From Bugula neritina (Eukaryota > Animalia > Bryozoa), in NCBI GenBank assembly GCA_964035545.1, contig CAXIUT010000183.1:868001-932000 (forward strand): a stretch of 64,000 bases of DNA. Reading direction: 5' to 3'. Shown here in pieces: positions 31,601 to 49,639 of this stretch (position 1 is the stretch's first letter; each line of letters starts with the position of its first letter). Under the pieces are notes generated by a model that saw only the letters and a program-made list of their open reading frames with translations, searched no databases and was not told the DNA's origin. Made by a program: the position numbers and the translations under genes.

Positions 31601-34600
31601 AATATACTGCAACATACTGAAATACACTGCAACATCCTACAATATGCTGAAATACACTGTAACATATTGAAATACACTGCAACACTTTGAAATATACTGC
31701 AACATACCGAAATATATGGTAAACTACTGCAACATACTACAACATATTGAAATACACTGCAACACATTGAAGTATACTGCAACATACCTAAATATACGGT
31801 AATATACTGAAATATACTGTAACACATTGAAAAATCCTGCAACATACTGAAATATACTGTAACACACCGAAATATACTGCAACATACTGAAATACACTGT
31901 AACATACTGAAATATGCTGCAACATACTGCAACATACTGAAATACACTGTAACATACTGAAATAAACTGCAACATACTACAACATATTGAAATACACTGC
32001 AACACATTGAAATATACTGCAACATACCTAAATATACGGTAATATACTGAAATTCACTGTAACGCATTGCAAAATACTGCAACATACTGAAATATATTGC
32101 GACACATTGCAATATACTGTAACATACTGAAATACACTGTAACATACTGAAATACACTGCAACATACTACCACATATTGAAATACACTGCAACACATTGA
32201 AATGTACTGCAACATACCGAAATATATGGTAAACTACTAAAATATACTGTAACACATTGAAAGATACTGCAACATACTGAAATATACTGCGACACCTAGC
32301 AATATACTGTAACATACTGAAATATGCTCTAGCACACTGAAATACAATGCAACTTACTGAAATATACTGCAACATACTGAAATACACTGCAACATCCTAC
32401 AATATGCTGAAATACACAGTAACATATTGAAATACACTGCAACACATTGAAATATACTGTGACATACCTAGATATACGGTAATATACTGAAATATACTGT
32501 AACACATTGAAAAATACTGCAACATACTGAAATATACTGTAACACACCGAAATATACTGCAACATACTGAAATACACTGTAACATACTGAAATACACTGC
32601 TACATACTGAAATATACTGCAACATACTGCAACATACTGAAATACACAGTAACATACTGAAATAAACTGCAACATACTACAACATATTGAAATACACTGC
32701 AACACATTGAAATATACTGCAACATACCTAAATATACGGTAATATACTGAAATTCACTGTAACGCATTGCAAAATACTGCAACATACTGAAATTCACTGC
32801 GACACACTGAAATACGCTGCAAAATACTACAACATACTGAAATAAACTGTAACATGTTGAAATACACTGCAACACATTGAAAAATACTGCAACATACTGA
32901 AATATACTGTAACACACTGAAATATACTGCAACATACTGAAATACACTGTAATATACTGAAATATACTGCAACATACTGAAATACACTGCTACATACTGA
33001 AATATACTGCAACATACTGCAACATACTGCAATACACTGTAAAATACTGAAATACCCTGCAACATACTACAACATATTGAAATACACTGCAACACATTGA
33101 AATACACTGCAACTTACCGAATATATGGTAAACTACTGAAATATACTGTAACGCATTGAAAAGTACTGCAACATACTGAAATATATTGCGACACATTGCA
33201 ATAAACTGTAACATACTGAAAAATGCTGTAGCACACTGAAATACACTGCCATTCACTGAAATATACTGCAACATACTGAAATACACCGCAACATCCTACA
33301 ACATACTGAAATACACTGTAACATATTGAAATACACTGCAACACATTGAAATATACTGCAACATATCGAAATATATGGTAAACTACTGAAATATATTTTA
33401 ACAGATCGAAAAATACTGCAACATACTGAAATATATTTTAACACATTGAAAAATACTGCAACATACTGAAATATACTGTAACACACTGAAGTACACTGCA
33501 ACTCACTGAAATATACTGCAATATACTGAAATACACTGCAACATCCTACAAAATGCTGAAATACACAGTAACATATTGAAATACACTGCAACACATTGAA
33601 AAATACTGCAACATACTGAAATACACTGCAACATACCTAAATATACGGTAATATACTGAAATATACTGTAACACACCGAAATATACTGCAACATACTGAA
33701 ATACACTGTAACATACTGAAATACACTGCTACATACTGCAACATACTGCAACATACTGCAACATACTGAAATACACTGTAACATACTCAAATAAACTGCA
33801 ACATACTACAAAATATTGAAATACACTGCAACACATTGAAATATACTGCTACATACCTAAATATACGGTAATATACTGAAATATACTGTAACACATTGAA
33901 AAAACTGCAACATACTGAAATACACTGCAACGCACTGAAGTGCACCGCAAAATACTACAACATGCTGAAATGCACTGTAACATATTGAAATCCACTGCAA
34001 CACATTGAAATACACTGCAACATACCGAAATATATGGTAAACTAATGAAATATACTGTAACACATTGAAAAATACCGCAACATACTGAAATATACTGCGA
34101 CACATTGCAATATACTGTAACATATTGAAATATGCTGTAGCACACTGAAATACACTGCAACATCCTACAACATACTGAAATACACTGTAACATATTGAAA
34201 TACACTGCAAGAAATTGAAATAGACTGAAACATAACAAAATATATGGTAAACTACTGAAATAGACTTCAACACATTGAAAAATACTGCAACATACAGAAA
34301 TATGCTGTAACACACTGAAATATACTGCAACATACTGAAATACACTGTAACATTCTGAAATATAATGCAACATACTGAAATACACTGCTACATACTGAAA
34401 TATACTGCAACATACTGCAAAATACTGCAACATACTGAAATACACTGTAACATATTGAAGTACACTGCAACACATTGAAATATACTGCAACATACCAAAA
34501 TATATGGTAAACAACTGAAATATACTTTAACACATTGAAAAATACTGCAACATACTGAAATATACTGCGACACTTTGCAATATACTGTAACATACCGAAA

Positions 34601-37600
34601 TATGCTCTAGCACACTGAAATACACTGCAACTCACTGAAATATACTGCAACATACTGAAATACACTGTGACATCCTGAAATATACTGCAACATTCTGAAA
34701 TACACTGCTACATACTGAAATATACTGCAACATACTGCAACATAGTGAAATACACTGCAACATACTACAACATACTGAAATACGCTGCAACACATTGAAA
34801 TATACTGCAACATACCTAAATATACGGTAATATACCGAAATATACTGTAACGCATTGCAAAATACTGCAACATACTGAAATACACTGCGACACACTGAAA
34901 TACGCTGCAAAATACTACAACATACTGAAAAAAACTGTAACATATTGAAATACACTGCAATACATTGAAAAATAATGCAATATACTGAAATATACTGTAA
35001 CACACTGAAATATACTGCAACATACTGAAATACACTGTAACATACTGAAATATACTGCAACGTACTGAAATACACTGCTACATACTGAAATATACTGTAA
35101 CATACTGCAACATACTGAAATACACTGTAACATACTGAGATACAGTGCCGCATACTGCAACATATTGAACTACACTGCAACACATTGAAATATATTGCAA
35201 CTTATCGAATATATGGAAAACTACTGAAATATACTGTAACGCATTGAAAAAGACTGCAACATACTGAAATATATTGCGACACATTGCAATATACTGTAAT
35301 ATACTGAAAAATGCTGTAGCACACTGAAATATACTGCAATTCGCTGAAATATACTGCAACATACTGAAATACACCGCAACATCCTACAACATACTAAAAT
35401 ACACTGTAACATTTCGAAATACACTGCAACACATTGAATTATTTTGCAACATAATGAAATATATGGTAAACTACTGAAATATATTTTAACAAATTGAAAA
35501 ATACTGCAACATACTGAAATATACTGTAACACACTGAAGTATACTGCAACATACTGAAATACACTGTAACATACTGAAATATACTGCAACATACTGAAAT
35601 ACACTGCTACATACTGAAATATACTGCAACGTACTGCAACATACTGCAACATACTGAAATACACTGTAACATACTGAAATACACTGCAACATACTACCAC
35701 ATATTGAAATACACTGCAACACATTGAAATGTACTGCAACATACCGAAATATATGGTAAACTACTAAAATATACTGTAACACATTGAAATATACTGCAAC
35801 ATACCTAAATATACGGTAATATACTGAAATATACTGTAACACGTGGAAAAAACTGCCACATACTGAAATACGCTGCAACACACTGAAGGACACCGCAAAA
35901 TACCACAACATGCTGAAATACACTGTGACATATAGAAATACACTGCAACACATTGAAATATACTGCAACATACCGAAATATATGGTAAACTAATGAAATA
36001 TACTGTAACACATTGAAAAATACCGCAACATACTGAAAAATACTGCGACACATTGCAATATACTGTAACATACTGAAATATGCTGTAGCACACTGAAATA
36101 CACTGCAACATCCTACAACATACTGAAATACACTGTAACATATTGAAATACACTGCAACACATTAAAATATACTGCAACATACCAAAATATATGGTAAAC
36201 AACTGAAATATACTTTAACACATTGAAAAATACTGCAACATACTGAAATATACTGCGACACTTTGCAATATACTGTAACATACCGAAATATGCTCTAGCA
36301 CACTGAAATACACTGCAACTCACTGAAATATACTGCAACATACTGAAATACACTGTGACATCCTGAAATATACTGCAACATTCTGAAATACACTGCTACA
36401 TACTGAAATATACTGCAACATACTGCAACATACTGAAATACACTGCAACATACTACAACATACTGAAATACGCTGCAACACATTGAAATATACTGCAACA
36501 TACCTAAATATACGGTAATATACCGAAATATACTGTAACGCATTGCAAAATACTGCAACATACTGAAATACACTGCGACACACTGAAATACGCTGCAAAA
36601 TACTACAACATACTGAAATAAACTGTAACATATTGAAATACACTGCAATACATTGAAAAATAATGCGATATACTGAAATATACTGTAACACACTGAAATA
36701 TACTGCAACATACTGAAATACACTGTAACATACTGAAATATACTGCAACGTACTGAAATACACTGCTACATACTGAAATATACTGTAACATACTGCAACA
36801 TACTGAAATACACTGTAACATACTGAGATACACTGCCGCATACTGCAACATATTAAACTACACTGCAACACATTGAAATATATTGCAACTTATCGAATAT
36901 ATGGAAAACTACTGAAATATACTGTAACGCATTGAGAAGACTGCAACATACTGAAATATATTGCGACACATTGCAATATACTGTAATATACTGAAAAATG
37001 CTGTAGCACACTGAAATATACTGCAATTCGCTGAAATATACTGCAACATACTGAAATACACCGCAACATCCTACAACATACTAAAATACACTGTAACATT
37101 TCGAAATACACTGCAACACATTGAATTATACTGAAACATAACGAAATATATGGTAAACTACTGAAATATATTTTAACAAATTGAAAAATACTGCAACATA
37201 CTGAAATATACTGTAACACACTGAAGTATACTGCAACATACTGAAATACACTGTAACATACTGAAATATACTGCAACATACTGAAATACACTGCTACATA
37301 CTGAGATATACTGCAACGTACTGCAACATACTGCAACATACTGAAATACACTGTAACATACTGAAATACACTGCAACATACTACCACATATTGAAATACA
37401 CTGCAACACATTGAAATGTACTGCAACATACCGAAATATATGGTAAACTACTAAAATATACTGTAACACATTGAAATATACTGCAACATACCTAAATATA
37501 CGGTAATATACTGAAATATACTGTAACACGTGGAAAAAACTGCAACATACTGAAATACGCTGCAACACACTGAAATACACCGCAAAATACCACAACATAC

Positions 37601-40600
37601 TGAAATACACTGTGACATATAGAAATACACTGCAACACATTGAAATATACTGCAACATACCGAAATATATGGTAAACTAATGAAATATACTGTAACACAT
37701 TGAAAAATACCGCAACATACTGAAAAATACTGCGACACATTGCAATATACTGTAACATACTGAAATATGCTGTAGCACACTGAAATACACTGCAACATCC
37801 TACAACATACTGAAATACACTGTAACATATTGAAATACACTGCAACACCTTGAAATATACTGCAACATAACAAAATATATGGTAAACTACTGAAATAGAC
37901 TTTAACACATTGAAAAATACTGCAACATACTGAAATATACTGTAACACACTGAAGTATACTGCAACATACTGAAATACACTGTAACATACTGAAATATAC
38001 TGCAACATACTGAAATACACTGCTACATACTGAAATATACTGCAACGTACTGCAACATACTCCAACATACTGAAATACACTGTAACATACTGAAATACAC
38101 TGCAACATACTACCACATATTGAAATACACTGCAACACATTGAAATGTACTTCAACATACCGAAATATAAGGTAAACTACTAAAATATGCTGTAACATAT
38201 GGAAAAATACTGCAACATACTGAAATATACTGCGACACCTAGCAATATACTGTAACATACTGAAATATGCTCTAGCACACTGAAATACAATGCAACTTAC
38301 TGAAATATACTGCAACATACTGAAGTACACTGCAACATCCTACAATATGCTGAAATACACTGTAACATATTGAATTACACTGCAACACTTTGAAATATAC
38401 TGCAACATACCGAAATATATGGTAAACTACTGCAACATACTACAACATATTGAAATACACTGCAACACATTGAAGTATACTGCAACATACCTAAATATAC
38501 GGTAATATACTGAAATATACTGTAACACATTGAAAAATCCTGCAACATACTGAAATATACTGTAACGCACCGAAATATACTGCAACATACTGAAATACAC
38601 TGTAACATACTGAAATATACTGCAACATACTGAAATACACTGCTACATACTGAAATATGCTGCAACATACTGCAACATACTGAAATACACTGTAACATAC
38701 TGAAATAAACTGCAACATACTACAACATATTGAAATACACTGCAACACATTGAAATATACTGCAACATACCTAAATATACGGTAATATACTGAAATTCAC
38801 TGTAACGCATTGCAAAATACTGCAACATACTGAAATTCACTGCGACACACTGAAATACGCTGCAAAATACTACAACATACTGAAATAAACTGTAACATAT
38901 TGAAATACACTGCAACAGATTGAAAAATACTGCAACATACTGAAATATACTGTAACACACTGAAATATACTGCAACATACTGAAATACACTGTAACATAC
39001 TGAAATATACTGCAACATACTGAAATACACTGCTACATACTGAAATATACTGCAACATACTGCAACATACTGCAATACACTGTAACATACTGAAATACAC
39101 TGCAACATACTACAAAATATTGAAATACACTGCAACACATTGAAATACACTGCAACACATTGAAATATACTGCAACATAACGAAATATATGGTAAACTAC
39201 TGAAATATATTTTAACACATTGAAAAATACTGCAACATACTGAAATATATTTTAACACATTGAAAAATACTGCAACATACTGAAATATACTGCGACACTT
39301 TGCAATATACTGTAACATACCGAAATATGCTCTAGCACACTGAAATACACTGCAACTCACTGAAATATACTGCAACATACTGAAATACACTGTGACATCC
39401 TGAATCATACTGCAACATTCTGAAATACACTGTTACATACTGAAATATACTGCAACACACTGCAACATACTGAAATACACTGCAACACATTGAAATATAC
39501 TGCTACATACCTAAATATACGGTAATTACTGAAATATACTGCAACATACTGAAATACACTGCAACATCCTACAATATGCTGAAATACACTGTAACATATT
39601 GAAATACACTGCAACACTTTGAAATATACTGCAACATACCGAAATATATGGTAAACTACTGCAACATACTACAACATATTGAAATACACTGCAACACATT
39701 GAAGTATACTGCAACATACCTAAATATACGGTAATATACTGAAATATACTGTAACACATTGAAAAATCCTGCAACATACTGAAATATACTGTAACACACC
39801 GAAATATACTGCAACATACTGAAATACACTGTAACATACTGAAATATGCTGCAACATACTGCAACATACTGAAATACACTGTAACATACTGAAATAAACT
39901 GCAACATACTACAACATATTGAAATACACTGCAACACATTGAAATATACTGCAACATACCTAAATATACGGTAATATACTGAAATTCACTGTAACGCATT
40001 GCAAAATACTGCAACATACTGAAATATATTGCGACACATTGCAATATACTGTAACATACTGAAATACACTGTAACATACTGAAATACACTGCAACATACT
40101 ACCACATATTGAAATACACTGCAACACATTGAAATGTACTGCAACATACCGAAATATATGGTAAACTACTAAAATATACTGTAACACATTGAAAGATACT
40201 GCAACATACTGAAATATACTGCGACACCTAGCAATATACTGTAACATACTGAAATATGCTCTAGCACACTGAAATACAATGCAACTTACTGAAATATACT
40301 GCAACATACTGAAATACACTGCAACATCCTACAATATGCTGAAATACACAGTAACATATTGAAATACACTGCAACACATTGAAATATACTGTGACATACC
40401 TAGATATACGGTAATATACTGAAATATACTGTAACACATTGAAAAATACTGCAACATACTGAAATATACTGTAACACACCGAAATATACTGCAACATACT
40501 GAAATACACTGTAACATACTGAAATACACTGCTACATACTGAAATATACTGCAACATACTGCAACATACTGAAATACACAGTAACATACTGAAATAAACT

Positions 40601-41533
40601 GCAACATACTACAACATATTGAAATACACTGCAACACATTGAAATATACTGCAACATACCTAAATATACGGTAATATACTGAAATTCACTGTAACGCATT
40701 GCAAAATACTGCAACATACTGAAATTCACTGCGACACACTGAAATACGCTGCAAAATACTACAACATACTGAAATAAACTGTAACATGTTGAAATACACT
40801 GCAACACATTGAAAAATACTGCAACATACTGAAATATACTGTAACACACTGAAATATACTGCAACATACTGAAATACACTGTAATATACTGAAATATACT
40901 GCAACATACTGAAATACACTGCTACATACTGAAATATACTGCAACATACTGCAACATACTGCAATACACTGTAAAATACTGAAATACCCTGCAACATACT
41001 ACAACATATTGAAATACACTGCAACACATTGAAATACACTGCAACTTACCGAATATATGGTAAACTACTGAAATATACTGTAACGCATTGAAAAGTACTG
41101 CAACATACTGAAATATATTGCGACACATTGCAATAAACTGTAACATACTGAAAAATGCTGTAGCACACTGAAATACACTGCCATTCACTGAAATATACTG
41201 CAACATACTGAAATACACCGCAACATCCTACAACATACTGAAATACACTGTAACATATTGAAATACACTGCAACACATTGAAATATACTGCAACATATCG
41301 AAATATATGGTAAACTACTGAAATATATTTTAACAGATCGAAAAATACTGCAACATACTGAAATATATTTTAACACATTGAAAAATACTGCAACATACTG
41401 AAATATACTGTAACACACTGAAGTACACTGCAACTCACTGAAATATACTGCAATATACTGAAATACACTGCAACATCCTACAAAATGCTGAAATACACAG
41501 TAACATATTGAAATACACTGCAACACATTGAAA
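25658..41533. repeat. Tandem duplication of a 7,932-bp satellite block (copies 25658-33589 and 33590-41521)
   Basis: The ORF track repeats with identical translations at +7932 (25917/33849, 27289/35221, 30865/38797, 32990/40922). Rare variants are shared: GAAGGACA 27953/35885, GAGAAGACT 29002/36934, AATCATACT 31471/39403. The breakpoint is ambiguous over AACACATTGAAA (25658, 33590, 41522). Confidence 0.95.
26540..29930. repeat. Older, diverged tandem duplication of ~1,688 bp nested inside the 7,932-bp unit (also present at +7932)
   Basis: ORF offsets are +1688/+1687 (26675/28363, 26700/28388, 27554/29241, 27873/29560), with several substitutions between copies. Boundaries are approximate. 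Confidence 0.85.
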
Positions 41534-44500
41534 TATACTGCAATATACCGAAATATATCGTAAACTACTGAAATACACTGTAACACATTGAAAAAAACTG
41601 CAACATACTGAAATATACTGCGACACCTAGCAATATACTGTAACATACTGAAATATGCTCTAGCACACTGAAATACAATGCAACTCACTGAAATATACTG
41701 CAACATACTGAAATACACTGCAACATCCTACAACATGCTGAAATACACTGTAACATATTGAACGACACTGCAACACTTTGAAATATACTGCAACATACCG
41801 AAATATATGGTAAACTACTGCAACACACTACAACATATTGAAATACACTGCAACACATTGAAATATACTGCAACATACCTAAATATACTGCAACATACTG
41901 AAATACACTGTAACATACTGAAATATGCTGTAACACATTGAAATACACTGCAACTCACTGAAATATACTGCAAAATACTGAAATACACTGCAACATCCTA
42001 CAAAATGCTGAAATACACTGTAACATATTGAAATACACTGCAACACATTGAAATATACTGCAACATACCGAAATATATGGTAAACTACTGAAATATACTG
42101 TAACACATTGAAAAATACCGCAACATACTGAAATATTCTGCAACGTACGGCAACATACTCCAACATACTGAAATACACTGTAACATACTGAAATACACTG
42201 CAACATACTACCACATATTGAAATACACTGCAACACATTGAAATGTACTTCAACATACCGAAATATAAGGTAAACTACTAAAATATGCTGTAACATATTG
42301 AAAAATACTGCAACATACTGAAATATACTGCGACACCTAGCAATATACTGTAACATACTGAAATATGCTCTAGCACACTGAAATACAATGCAACTTACTG
42401 AAATATACTGCAACATACTGAAATACACTGCAACATCCTACAATATGCTGAAATACACTGTAACATATTGAAATACACTGCAACACTTTGAAATATACTG
42501 CAACATACCGAAATATATGGTAAACTACTGCAACATACTACAACATATTGAAATACACTGCAACACATTGAAGTATACTGCAACATACCTAAATATACGG
42601 TAATATACTGAAATATACTGTAACACATTGAAAAATCCTGCAACATACTGAAATATACTGTAACACACCGAAATATACTGCAACATACTGAAATACACTG
42701 TAACATACTGAAATATGCTGCAACATACTGCAACATACTGAAATACACTGTAACATACTGAAATAAACTGCAACATACTACAACATATTGAAATACACTG
42801 CAACACAATGAAATATACTGCAACATACCTAAATATACGGTAATATACTGAAATTCACTGTAACGCATTGCAAAATACTGCAACATACTGAAATATATTG
42901 CGACACATTGCAATATACTGTAACATACTGAAAAATGCTGTAGCACTCTGAAATATACTGCAATTCACTGAAATATACTGCAACATACTGAAATACACCG
43001 CAACATCCTACAACATACTGAAATACTTTGTAACATATTGAAATACACTGCAACACATTGAAATATACTGCAACATAACGAAATATATGGTAAACTACTG
43101 AAATATATTTTAACACATTGAAAAATACTGCAACATACTGAAATATATTTTAACACATTGAAAAATACTGCAACATACTGAACTATACTGTAACACACTG
43201 AAGTACACTGCAACTCACTGAAATATACTGCAATATACAGAAATACACTGCAACATCCTACAAAATGCTGAAATACACTGTAACATATTGAAATACACTG
43301 CAACACATTGAAATATACTGCAACATACCGAAATATATAGTAAACTACTGAAATATACTGTAAAACATTGAAAAATACTGCAACATACTGAAATAGACTG
43401 CGACACCTAGCAATATACTGCAACATACTGAAATACACTGTAACATACTGAAATATACTGCAACATACTGAAATACACTGCTACATACTGAAATATACTG
43501 CAACATACCGAAATATATGGTAAACTACTGCAACACACTACAACATAGTGAAATACACTGCAACACATTGAAATATACTGCAACATACCTAAATATACGG
43601 TAATATACTGAAATATACTGTAACACACCGAAATATACTGCAACATACTGAAATACACTGTAACATACTGAAATATACTGCAACATACTGAAATACACTG
43701 CTACATACTGAAATATACTGCAACATACTGAAATATACTGTAACACACTGAAGTACACTGCAACTCACTGAAATATACTGCAATATACTGAAATACACTG
43801 CAACACATTGAAATACACTGCAACTTACCGGATATATGGTAAACTACTGAAATATACTGTAACGCATTGAAAAACACTGCAACATACTGAATTATATTGC
43901 GACACATTGCAATATACTGTAACATACTGAAAAATGCTGTAGCACACTGAAATATACTGGAATTCACTGAAATATACTGCAACATACTGAAATACACCGC
44001 AACATCCTACAACATACTGAAATACTTTGTAACATATTGAAATACACTGCAACACATTGAAATATACTGCAACATAACGAAAAATATGGTAAACTACTGA
44101 AATATATTTTAACACATCGAAAAATACTGCAGCATACTGAAATATACTGTAACACACTGAAGTACACTGCAACTCACTGAAATATACTGCAATATACTGA
44201 AATACACTGCAACACATTGAAATATACTGCAACATACCTAAATATACGGTAATATACTGAAATTCACTGTAACGCATTGCAAAATACTGCAACATACTGA
44301 AATATATTGCGACACATTGCAATATACTGTAACATACTGAAAAATGCTGTAGCACACTGAAATATACTGCAATTCACTGAAATATACTGCAACATACTGA
44401 AATACACCGCAACATCCTACAACATACTGAAATACACTGTAACATATTGAAATACACTGCAACACATTGAAATATACTGCAACATACCGAAATATATAGT

Positions 44501-47500
44501 AAACTACTGAAATATACTGTAACACATTGAAAAATACTGCAACATACTGAAATATACTGCGACACCTAGCAATATACTGCAACATACTGAAATACACTGT
44601 AACATACTGAAATATACTGTAACACACTGAAGTACACTGCAACTCACTGAAATATACTGCAATATACAGAAATACACTGCAACATCCTACAAAATGCTGA
44701 AATACACTGTAACATATTGAAATTTACTGGAACACATTGAAATATACTGCAACATACCTAAGTATACGGTAATATACTGAAATATACTGTAACACACCGA
44801 AATATACTGCAACATACTGAAATACACTGTAACATACTGAAATATACTGCAACATACTGAAATACACTGCTACATACTGCAACATACTGCAACATACTGA
44901 AATACACTGTAACATACTGAAATAAACTGCAACATACTACAACATATTGAAATACACTGCAACACATTGAAATATACTGCTACATGCCTAAATATACGGT
45001 AATATACTGAAATATACTGTAACACATTGAAAAAACTGCAACATACTGAAATACACTGCAACGCACTGAAATACACCGCAAAATACTACAACATGCTGAA
45101 ATACACTGTAACATCTTGAAATCCACTGCAACACATTGAAATATACTGCAACATACCGAAATATATGGTAAACTAATGAAATATACTGTAACACATTGAA
45201 AAATACCGCAACATACTGAAATATACTGCGACACATTGCAATATACTGTAACATATTGAAATATGCTGTAGCACACTGAAATACACTGCAACATCCTACA
45301 ACATACTGAAATACACTGTAACATATTGAAATACACTGCAAGAAATTGAAATAGACTGCAACATAACAAAATATATGGTAAACTACTGAAATAGACTTTA
45401 ACACATTGAAAAATACCGCAACATACAGAAATATACTGTAACACACTGAAATATACTGCAACATACTGAAATACATTGTAACATTCTGAAATATACTGCA
45501 ACATACTGAAGTACACTGCTACATACTGAAATATACTGCAACATACTGCAAAATACTGCAACATACTGAAATACACTGTAACATATTGAAGTACACTGCA
45601 ACACATTGAAATATACTGCAACATACCAAAATATATGGTAAACAACTGAAATATACTTTAACACATTGAAAAATACTGCAACATACTGAAATATACTGCG
45701 ACACTTTGCAATATACTGTAACATACCGAAATATGCTCTAGCACACTGAAATACACTGCAACTCACTGAAATATACTGCAACATACTGAAATACACTGTG
45801 ACATCCTGAAATATACTGCAACATTCTGAAATACACTGCTACATACTGAAATATACTGCAACATACTGCAACATACTGAAATACACTGCAACATACTACA
45901 ACATACTGAAATACGCTGCAACACATTGAAATATACTGCAACATACCTAAATATACGGAAATATACCGAAATATACTGTAACGCATTGCAAAATACTGCA
46001 ACATACTGAAATACACTGCGACACACTGAAATACGCTGCAAAATACTACAACATACTGAAATAAACTGTAACATATTGAAATACACTGCAATACATTGAA
46101 AAATAATGCAATACACTGAAATATACTGTAACACACTGAAATATACTGCAACATACTGAAATACACTGTAACATACTGAAATATACTGCAACGCACTGAA
46201 ATACACTGCTACATACTGAAATATGCTGCAACATACTGCAACATACTGAAATACACTGTAACATACTGAAATAAACTGCAACATACTACAACATATTGAA
46301 AAACACTGCAACACATTGAAGTATACTGCAACATACCTAAATATACGGTAATATACTGAAATTCACTGTAACGCATTGCAAAATACTGCAACATACTGAA
46401 ATATATTGCGACACATTGCAATATACTGTAACATACTGAAAAATGCTGTAGCACACTGAAATATACTGCAATTCACTGAAATATACTGCAACATACTGAA
46501 ATACACCGCAACATCCTACAACATACTGAAATACTTTGTAACATATTGAAATACACTGCAACACATTGAAATATACTGCAACATAACGAAATATATGGTA
46601 AAATACTGAAATATATTTTAACACATTGAAAAATACTGCAACATACTGAAATATACTGTAACACACTGAAGTACACTGCAACTCACTGAAATATACTGCA
46701 ATATACAGAAATACACTGCAACATCCTACAAAATGCTGAAATACACTGTAACATATTGAAATACACTGCAACACATTGAAATATACTGCAACATACCGAA
46801 ATATATAGTAAACTACTGAAATATACTGTAACACATTGAAAAATACTGCAACATACTGAAATATACTGCGACACCTAGCAATATACTGCAACATACTGAA
46901 ATACACTGTAACATACTGAAATATACTGCAACATACTGAAATACACTGCTACATACTGAAATATACTGCAACATACTGCAACATACTGAAATACACTGTA
47001 ATATACTGAAATACACTGCAACATACTACCACATATTGAAATACACTGCAACACATTGAAATGTACTGCAACATACCGAAATATATGGTAAACTACTAAA
47101 ATATACTGTAACACATTGAAATATACTGCAACATACCTAAATATACGGTAATATACTGAAATATACTGTAACACGTGGAAAAAACTGCAACATACTGAAA
47201 TACGCTGCAACACACTGAAATACACCGCAAAATACCACAACATACTGAAATACACTGTGACATATAGGAATACACTGCAGCACATTGAAATATACTGCAA
47301 CATACCGAAATATATGATAAACTAATGAAATATACTGTAACACATTGAAAAATACCGCAACATACTGAAAAATACTGCGACACATTGCAATATACTGTAA
47401 CATACTGAAATATGCTGTAGCACACTGAAATACACTGCAACATCCTACAACATACTGAAATACACTGTAACATATTGAAATACACTGCAACACATTGAAA

Positions 47501-49639
47501 TATACTGCAACATAACAAAATATATGGTAAACTACTGAAATAGACTTTAACACATTGAAAAATACTGCAACATACTGAAATATACTGTAACACACTGAAG
47601 TTTACTGCAACATACTTAAATACACTGTAACATACTGAAATATACTGCAACATACTGAAATACACTGCTACATACTGAAATATACTGCAACGTACTGCAA
47701 CATACTCCAACATACTGAAATACACTGTAACATACTGAAATACACTGCAACATACTACCACATATTGAAATACACTGCAACACATTGAAATGTACTTCAA
47801 CATACCGAAATATAAGGTAAACTACTAAAATATGCTGTAACATATTGAAAAATACTGCAACATACTGAAATATACTGCGACACCTAGCAATATACTGTAA
47901 CATACTGAAATATGCTCTAGCACACTGAAATACAATGCAACTTACTGAAATATACTGCAACATACTGAAGTACACTGCAACATCCTACAATATGCTGAAA
48001 TACACTGTAACATATTGAATTACACTGCAACACTTTGAAATATACTGCAACATACCGAAATATATGGTAAACTACTGCAACATACTACAACATATTGAAA
48101 TACACTGCAACACATTGAAGTATACTGCAACATACCTAAATATACGGTAATATACTGAAATATACTGTAACACATTGAAAAATCCTGCAACATACTGAAA
48201 TATACTGTAACACACCGAAATATATTGCAACATACTGAAATACACTGTAACATACTGAAATATACTGCAACATACTGAAATACACTGCTACATACTGAAA
48301 TATGCTGCAACATACTGCAACATACTGAAATACACTGTAACATACTGAAATAAACTGCAACATACTACAACATATTGAAATACACTGCAACACATTGAAA
48401 TATACTGCAACATACCTAAATATACGGTAATGTACTGAAATTCACTGTAACGCATTGCAAAATACTGCAACATACTGAAATTCACTGCGACACACTGAAA
48501 TACGCTGCAAAATACTACAACATCCTGAAATAAACTGTAACATATTGAAATACACTGCAACAGATTGAAAAATACTGCAACATACTGAAATATACTGTAA
48601 CACACTGAAATATACTGCAACATACTGAAATACACTGTAACATACTGAAGTATACTGCAACATACTGAAATACACTGCTACATACTGAAATATACTGCAA
48701 CATACTGCAACATACTGCAATACACTGTAACATACTGAAATACACTGCAACATACTACAACATATCGAAATACACTGCAACACATTGAAATAGACTGCAA
48801 CACATTGAAATATACTGCAACATAACGAAATATATGGTAAACTACTGAAATATATTTTAACACATTGAAAAATACTGCAACATACTGAAATATATTTTAA
48901 CACATTGAAAAATACTGACACATACTGAAATATACTGTAACACACTGAAGTATACTGCAACATACTGAAATACACTGTAACATACTGAAATATACTGCAA
49001 CATACTGAAATACACTGCTACATACTGAAATATACTGCAACGTACTGCATCATACTCCAACATACTGAAATACACTGTAACATACTGAAATACACTGCAA
49101 CATACTACCACATATTGAAATACACTGCAACACATTGAAATACACTGCAACTTACCGAATATATGGTAAACTACTGAAATATACTGTAACGCATTGAAAA
49201 ATACTGCAACATACTGAAATATATTGCGACACATTGCAATATACTGTAACATACTGAAAAATGCTGTAGCACACTGAAATATACTGCTATTCACTGAAAT
49301 ATACTGCAACATACTGAAATACACCGCAACATCCTACAACATACTGAAATACTTTGTAACATATTGAAATACACTGCAACACGTTGAAATATACTGCAAC
49401 ATAACGAAATATATGGTAAACTACTGAAATAAATTTTAACACATTGAAAAATACTGCAACATACTGAAATATATTTTAACACATTGAAAAATACTGCAAC
49501 ATACTGAAATATACTGTAACACACTGAAGTACACTGCAACTCACTGAAATATACTGCAATATACAGAAATACACTGCAACATCCTACAAAATGCTGAAAT
49601 ACACTGTACCATATTGAAATACACTGCAACACATTGAAA

